From Copranaerobaculum intestinale (lineage in GTDB: Bacteria > Bacillota_I > Bacilli_A > Erysipelotrichales > Erysipelotrichaceae), in the NCBI RefSeq assembly GCF_009831105.1, contig NZ_WUUQ01000002.1:540001-572000 (forward strand): a DNA stretch of 32,000 nt, in the 5' to 3' direction. The number at the start of each line of letters is the position of its first letter. Positions within the stretch are counted from its first letter, which is position 1. A program made the translations under genes and the position numbers. Below, piece after piece: positions 26,990-32,000 of this stretch. The notes below the pieces were generated by a model that had not been told where the DNA came from, made no database searches, and saw only the letters and a program-made list of their open reading frames with translations.

Positions 26990-27916
26990 CTATCTGGGTG
27001 TCGATATATCCTCATATACAGTATATAAAACACTTAGCCTTATTGTACCCGCATCTTCTTCGAATTGCAAAATATTTTCTTTCTGGATGCGATCCCCCTT
27101 CAGAAAGTTATCACTGATTTTGAGCCTTGCCTCAAACAACAGCTGATAGAAATCAAATGCCTTGGGAAGCCTGCTGCGAGGCATCGTTACATCAATTTGA
27201 TTCCAGGTGTACCCATAAACTTTTCCTTTTACATAGAGCTCCTGTGGTTTCTGAAAGCTGTCCGGCATGATATTAGACACCAAAATATCACCCTTTTTAA
27301 CATAATCATTGATTTTAAACATTTTATTGCCGTGCTGCAGATCAAATCCGGCTATGACCGCATCCTTACGGGCAATCAGTTCTTTATGAGATAATTCTTC
27401 GATTTCCGCAAATTCCTTTGGGGTATAATAAATCACATAACGGCTGCCCTTCTTCACGATCTCCAGCCATGCAATATCATTTTCCAGCTGTTTTTTCAGT
27501 TTTGCCTTGACATCCTTTACGCCATGATCTGTAAACGGCGGAACCTTATCCATCTTCACTAAAGTCTTACGTATCAATTCTTCACTTTCCTGTTTATCCC
27601 CGCGGATTTCCACCGCAAACACCGTTTTGGATAATCCAAACCAAAGCAGGCATGACAAAAGCAGCGCCAGTACTCGGGATGGACGACGCAGATTACGCAT
27701 AAATAAGCCGATCGCTCCGGTTGTACGGCGCAGCCGAGCCGTTTCATAGACACGCTCAATATCGTGACGCTGAAACGGTGACGCATAGAAACGAAGTTGA
27801 TGATGCTCCTCATGTACATCATAAATGACCCAGTCATGACGGTGTGCCATCTGTAAAAATCTGGTGAGTGATGTATGTATGACCCATTCATCTAACCCGA
27901 TGATCTTCTTATTCAT
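26990..27916 (-). CDS. yqfD: YqfD-like sporulation protein
   Basis: It has a single central TM helix (VLALLLSCLLWFGL) followed by VEIRG. It sits between yqfC and phoH, as in Bacillus. At 308 aa it is shorter than the ~400 aa I recall for B. subtilis YqfD. Confidence 0.6.
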   Translation of the reverse strand: MNKKIIGLDEWVIHTSLTRFLQMAHRHDWVIYDVHEEHHQLRFYASPFQRHDIERVYETARLRRTTGAIGLFMRNLRRPSRVLALLLSCLLWFGLSKTVFAVEIRGDKQESEELIRKTLVKMDKVPPFTDHGVKDVKAKLKKQLENDIAWLEIVKKGSRYVIYYTPKEFAEIEELSHKELIARKDAVIAGFDLQHGNKMFKINDYVKKGDILVSNIMPDSFQKPQELYVKGKVYGYTWNQIDVTMPRSRLPKAFDFYQLLFEARLKISDNFLKGDRIQKENILQFEEDAGTIRLSVLYTVYEDISTPR

Positions 27917-28103
27917 GAAACATCACCGCTTCAAATATTCCCCGTATTGCGATCTCATCCTTGCTCATCGCTGTGATTTCCAGCTTTTCACCGCGGATGA
28001 CAACGCGCTGCTTCTTGGTCTGAATTTCAATCTGATGACTGTCAACATTTCCGATTGCCGTGTAATTTTCAATCATGATCTTATTATACTCAATGGATAT
28101 CAC
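27909..28103 (-). CDS. yqfC: YabP/YqfC-family sporulation protein
   Basis: This 64-aa protein contains VVIRGEKLEITAMSKDEIAIRGIFEAV, which resembles the YqfC/YabP beta-rich motif. It starts at a GTG preceded by AGAGGTGA and overlaps yqfD by 8 nt. Confidence 0.55.
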   Translation of the reverse strand: MISIEYNKIMIENYTAIGNVDSHQIEIQTKKQRVVIRGEKLEITAMSKDEIAIRGIFEAVMFHE

Positions 28104-28173
28104 AACATCACCTCTCTATAAAGTACGCAGAAAGATGCTGTTTTATGATGCATCCGTTATTTTATAAAACCAA

Positions 28174-28198
28174 CAAAAAAAGCGGACATTCCGCTTTC
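28174..28198 (-). terminator. Rho-independent terminator of rpsU
   Basis: The minus strand reads AAAGCGG-AATGT-CCGCTTT followed by TTTTTGTT, immediately after the rpsU stop. Confidence 0.75.
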
Positions 28199-28378
28199 TT
28201 ATTTTCCGCGACGTGCTTTACGTGCAGCCTCTGATTTCAATTTGCGACGAACGCCCGGCTTTACGTAAAACTCTCTTTTGCGTGCCTCAGCAAGGGTTCC
28301 ATTTCTTGATACTTGTCGTTTAAATCTACGTAAAGCATCATCAAGAACTTCGTTTTCTTTCAGTACAACTTTCGGCAT
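28199..28378 (-). CDS. rpsU: 30S ribosomal protein S21
   Basis: This ORF is not in the supplied track because it is under 60 aa. Hand translation gives [69 protein letters not shown] lies upstream. Confidence 0.9.
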   Translation of the reverse strand: MPKVVLKENEVLDDALRRFKRQVSRNGTLAEARKREFYVKPGVRRKLKSEAARKARRGK

Positions 28379-28410
28379 TATTTACCCTCCCTTCTGATGC
28401 AAGCACACTT

Positions 28411-28439
28411 ATTATATATAAGAATCTGGTAAAAAGCAA
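28411..28439 (-). promoter_or_regulatory. Candidate sigma-A promoter for rpsU
   Basis: The minus strand shows TTGCTT (28439-28434), a 17-nt spacer and TATAAT (28416-28411). Confidence 0.55.
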
Positions 28440-28508
28440 TAAAAATGTAAAAAGTTTCTTTATTTAAAGGCTATTTTTCACTTTCTTTGCAAATATCAAC
28501 CAAAATCT

Positions 28509-29990
28509 CTACTCTTTGTCCTCGGATTGCTCCTCAAAATCTTCTTCTATGCCCAGATAATAGCGGCGCAGTACATCATGTGCAGCGGCGTGATCCCCCA
28601 TCCAAGCTTCGGTTCCATGAAGGCGATCCATGAATACTTCATCACCTTTACCCAAAATCAGTACCGTATCATTTACATTGGCTGACTCAATGGCCTGACG
28701 GATCGCATCATAGCGATTCTCAATAAATATACAGTTTGTATCCACGACCCCGCTTTTGATCTCATTGGCAATTTCCCGCGGATCTTCATCACGCGGATCT
28801 TCTTCCGTTAAAATGATCGAATCACAATATTTACTGCTGATTTCACCGAATACTCTGCGCTTCTTTGTATCCCGTTTGCCGGCCGAGCCAAATACCGCGA
28901 TAATGCGGCGCTGCGGATCGGTAATGCTGTCAGCATACTCATATATTTTTTCAAATCCATCCGGGGTATGGGCATAATCGACGATTACATTAAATGGTTG
29001 ACCTTCATCTATGCGCTCCATACGGCCGTCTACCTGCTCGATATGATCCAAGTAAGGTATCATTGCTTCTAAAGTCATACCTGACTCACACATGCCCGCA
29101 ATTGCGGCCAGCAGGTTATAAATATTGTAGGATGCCATGAGATTGGTATGAATTTCATAGGTCTGACCATGAGCGGCCAGCACAAATTCACTGCCATTGG
29201 TTTTCAGCTTAATATCATCAGCCCGATAATCTGCATCATTGGCAATACCATAAGTCACGACCCGCGCATTGCATACCTGCCGCAGCTCATCATAGTAAGG
29301 ATCATCGACATTCAATACACATACGCCATCCTTTTTCACCATTTCAAACAATTTCTTCTTTGCATTGAAATAATTCTCCATCGTACCGTGATAGTCAAGG
29401 TGTTCATAGGTCAGATTGGTGAAGATCGCTACATCAAAATCAACGCTCAGTACCCTTCCCTGATCTAAACCATGACTTGATACTTCCAGTGATACTGCCT
29501 GCATCCCGGCATCTACCATGTCTTTCAGCGTTTTATGAATAAATATTGCATTCGGGGTCGTATGCTCCGGCTGCAGGTCTACATCTCCATAGCGGATCGC
29601 AATGGTTCCGATATAACCGGTCGGCATATAATGGTTAAACACATCACGAATCACCGTTGTTGTGGTGGATTTTCCGTTGGTGCCGGTAACGCCGAACACC
29701 TTCAAATGACGGCTGGGGTGATCAAAGAAACGGGATGCCACCTGATTCATCGTCGTCAATACATTTTCTACCTTTATGTAAACAATATCAGCCTTGGTTT
29801 TTGCCAGTGGCTTACTGTGAACTATGCATATCGCTCCGTTTCGGATTGCCTGATCGATAAAATTATGACCGTCATTGATCATGCCCTCCAAACAAAAATA
29901 CATCGCTCCCTTGCTCACATCGCGGGAATCCATGCTTAACGATTTGATATCCAGGTCTGGTGCCTGATTAAATATTTTTGACAATAACAT
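28509..29990 (-). CDS. murE: UDP-N-acetylmuramoyl-L-alanyl-D-glutamate--diamino acid ligase
   Basis: It has the Mur ligase P-loop (GVTGTNGKSTT) plus the central and C-terminal Mur domains. EDPR occupies the position of the DNPR specificity motif. The C-terminal tail is acidic. Confidence 0.9.
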   Translation of the reverse strand: MLLSKIFNQAPDLDIKSLSMDSRDVSKGAMYFCLEGMINDGHNFIDQAIRNGAICIVHSKPLAKTKADIVYIKVENVLTTMNQVASRFFDHPSRHLKVFGVTGTNGKSTTTTVIRDVFNHYMPTGYIGTIAIRYGDVDLQPEHTTPNAIFIHKTLKDMVDAGMQAVSLEVSSHGLDQGRVLSVDFDVAIFTNLTYEHLDYHGTMENYFNAKKKLFEMVKKDGVCVLNVDDPYYDELRQVCNARVVTYGIANDADYRADDIKLKTNGSEFVLAAHGQTYEIHTNLMASYNIYNLLAAIAGMCESGMTLEAMIPYLDHIEQVDGRMERIDEGQPFNVIVDYAHTPDGFEKIYEYADSITDPQRRIIAVFGSAGKRDTKKRRVFGEISSKYCDSIILTEEDPRDEDPREIANEIKSGVVDTNCIFIENRYDAIRQAIESANVNDTVLILGKGDEVFMDRLHGTEAWMGDHAAAHDVLRRYYLGIEEDFEEQSEDKE

Positions 29991-30001
29991 GAGGTTCCTC
30001 C

Positions 30002-31294
30002 TTATTCACCGATCAGCACATCATCCGCATCCAAATCGATCAGCGTGACTTGCTTCATGGTATGTAAAGCTGTTTCATCGCCCGCTACCTTCACCGGCAG
30101 ATATTCACTGGTATGACCAAACAGCCACCCTGGCTCTTTGCTTTCTTCAAGCAGTACGTCTACCGAGTGATGAATAAACTGCTGCTTATATGTATGATAG
30201 AGCGTCTTACTGAGTTCATTCAGCCGTGCCGCCCGTTGTTTCTTAGTACGGTTATCCAAATGACCGCTCATATCAGCGGCTGCGGTATGATCGCGCTTGG
30301 AATATGGGAATACATGCAGAAAAGACAGCTGCAATTGTTGAAGATTGCGGCAGGTATTTTCAAAATCCTCTTCACTTTCCTGCGGAAAACCCACGATAAC
30401 ATCCGTAGATATTGATATATCCGGCATCAGAGCACGGATGTGCTCCACCCGTCTTTGAAACCAATCCATACGATATGGACGATGCATCAGCTCCAGCACA
30501 TGATCACTGCCGGATTGAATCGGTATATGCAGATGACGAGCCAGCTTTGGCTCCTTCGCCATATACATTAGCAGTTCATCGCTTATTTCATTCATTTCAA
30601 TTGAAGAAACACGGATGCGCTCCAAACCGGAAACCTCATCTACCATTCGTTTCAGCAAGGTCAACAGATCGGTACCCAGATCCCTTCCGTAACGACCGGT
30701 ATGAATACCCGACAATACGATTTCACGATGCTGATTAGCAGTCAGATTCTTCGCCACGGCGATCGCCTGATCGATTGGCAGGCTTCGCTCAGCTCCCCGA
30801 GCAAACGGAATAATGCAATAGGAACAAAACTGATTACAGCCATCCTGAATCTTCAGATAAGCACGGGTCTGACGATGAAATCGCGATATGGGAAGTGCTT
30901 CAAAGGTTCGGAGGCTGCGGACATCATGAACGATCTTTTGCGGCTTTCGATCCTGTAGGGCTGATTGAATCAGCTGGGGCAAAAGAACCTTCTGATCCGA
31001 TCCGATCAAAATATCGATCTGTTCCGCTTTGGCTAAACGTTCACTGTCCACTTGGACATAACAGCCTACCACGGCAATGAAAGCATTCGGATTGAGTGCT
31101 TTTGCCTGATGAATCCGCTGCCGGCTTTTTGCTGAGGCAGTGTTGGTCACCGCACAGGTATTGATGATGTAGATATCCGCAATCTCCTTAAAGGACACCT
31201 CCCGATAACCACATTCCAATAAGCCCTGCACGTACCCTTCTGATTCATATGCATTAACTTTACAACCGAGCGTACTAACGGCAAAAGTAACCAT
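30002..31294 (-). CDS. mtaB: tRNA t6A37 methylthiotransferase (MtaB/YqeV type radical SAM enzyme)
   Basis: It has the UPF0004 N-domain (TLGCKVNAYESEG), a radical SAM CNQFCSYC cluster motif and a TRAM-like C-terminus. Its position matches yqeV in Bacillus. Confidence 0.85.
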   Translation of the reverse strand: MVTFAVSTLGCKVNAYESEGYVQGLLECGYREVSFKEIADIYIINTCAVTNTASAKSRQRIHQAKALNPNAFIAVVGCYVQVDSERLAKAEQIDILIGSDQKVLLPQLIQSALQDRKPQKIVHDVRSLRTFEALPISRFHRQTRAYLKIQDGCNQFCSYCIIPFARGAERSLPIDQAIAVAKNLTANQHREIVLSGIHTGRYGRDLGTDLLTLLKRMVDEVSGLERIRVSSIEMNEISDELLMYMAKEPKLARHLHIPIQSGSDHVLELMHRPYRMDWFQRRVEHIRALMPDISISTDVIVGFPQESEEDFENTCRNLQQLQLSFLHVFPYSKRDHTAAADMSGHLDNRTKKQRAARLNELSKTLYHTYKQQFIHHSVDVLLEESKEPGWLFGHTSEYLPVKVAGDETALHTMKQVTLIDLDADDVLIGE

Positions 31295-31460
31295 TCACTC
31301 ACTCCTTTTGCTAAACATTATACAACAAACAGGTATAGAAAGGAAGTGTATTTACATTCAACACACAGATAGAGCAGCTTCATCAAAATGGCTTCGATCC
31401 ATCATCGTTAGATAAAAAATGAGTTCGTCTTTAGTATACAGCGTAAACTCTATTGCATAC

Positions 31461-31491
31461 AAAAAATAACAGCAGGACGGCCGCTGTTATT
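31461..31491 (-). terminator. Rho-independent terminator after the hypothetical gene
   Basis: The minus strand reads AATAACAGC, a 9-nt GC-rich loop, GCTGTTATT and then TTTT. The stop codon lies inside the 5' arm. Confidence 0.65.
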
Positions 31492-31993
31492 TCTGCTTCT
31501 TATTTAATTTTATAATTTGCTTATTCAGCTTTTTTGCGAACTTTTCATTGACCAATTTTTGTTCGATCATGAATTCCATCATCGATTTGACATCCTCACT
31601 GACATAACATGAAATCAGAATTTGCAGCTTTCCGTCATCGACCTGACCGATACAGGAAGGATCAAGCGATATCGTATCAATGCATATTCCAGCTTTTACG
31701 ATATATAAACGATTAACCAGCGGATGATAAAGCACGGTTCCCCGCTCGCAGGTTGCAATATAACGACAGCTGCAAAAATCACTTTGATACAGGATATCCC
31801 CATAATAATCATCAGCCACGATGATATCCTTAAAGTCAGTGCGGAAGCGGCCATATTGCTTTAAATCAAAAAGCACCATCTCATCGCGGTAAACACGATT
31901 CATACGTTCATCAAAAATCGGAATATAGATATCCTGATCGTGAAAACGAAAGCTCTTTAAGGAAGTCTTTAAGCGATCAATATCAACATTCAC
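31487..31993 (-). CDS. Hypothetical protein; the 5' end is uncertain because the reading frame stays open to the window edge
   Basis: It is a 168-aa ORF from a GTG, and the two codons upstream (to position 31999) contain no stop. I recognise no family. The C-terminus is Lys-rich (KKLNKQIIKLNKKQK). Confidence 0.45.
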   Translation of the reverse strand: MNVDIDRLKTSLKSFRFHDQDIYIPIFDERMNRVYRDEMVLFDLKQYGRFRTDFKDIIVADDYYGDILYQSDFCSCRYIATCERGTVLYHPLVNRLYIVKAGICIDTISLDPSCIGQVDDGKLQILISCYVSEDVKSMMEFMIEQKLVNEKFAKKLNKQIIKLNKKQK

Positions 31994-32000
31994 CTGATGC

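Noticed and set aside
1-32000. CRISPR arrays, tandem repeats, tRNA or rRNA genes, and prophage, toxin-antitoxin or defence-island signatures.
   Set aside because: Intergenic spacers are all under 300 nt and are accounted for by promoters and terminators. No spaced direct repeats or cloverleaf-sized structured regions were seen. Apart from the final 168-aa hypothetical ORF and the tentatively assigned transposase-like gene, all ORFs larger than 150 aa have housekeeping or phosphate-related identities.

Overview
The window is about 90% coding, mostly on the minus strand, and looks like a housekeeping chromosomal segment of a moderate-GC Bacillota (Firmicutes) genome. Taxonomy is inferred from gene content, Gram-positive SD and promoter signals, and YqfC/YqfD sporulation-type genes. 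Gene order is colinear with the B. subtilis yqe-yqf region as I remember it: mtaB ... rpsU ... yqfC-yqfD-phoH ... ybeY-dgkA-cdd-era-recO-glycyl-tRNA ligase-dnaG-sigA-trmK, plus ispH, a cshB-like helicase, nfo and ispG. A class B PBP, rpmG and an MBL-fold hydrolase lie at the left end. An ~11 kb phosphate-homeostasis block sits between phoH and ybeY, where Bacillus carries yqfF/pgpH. It contains phoP-phoR (overlapping phoH), a transposase-like gene, pstS-pstC-pstA-pstB-phoU, a GT2 glycosyltransferase and a Na/Pi cotransporter. I found no rRNA, tRNA, CRISPR array, prophage or recognisable defence system. The strongest unusual observation is that the PstS lipoprotein appears circularly permuted relative to canonical E. 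coli and B. subtilis PstS. Its partner PstA carries a ~130-aa insertion in its first extracytoplasmic loop. The transposase-like gene appears to lack some catalytic residues and has no visible IS ends. All coordinates of small features were hand-counted, all homology calls come from motif recognition by eye, and no searches were run.
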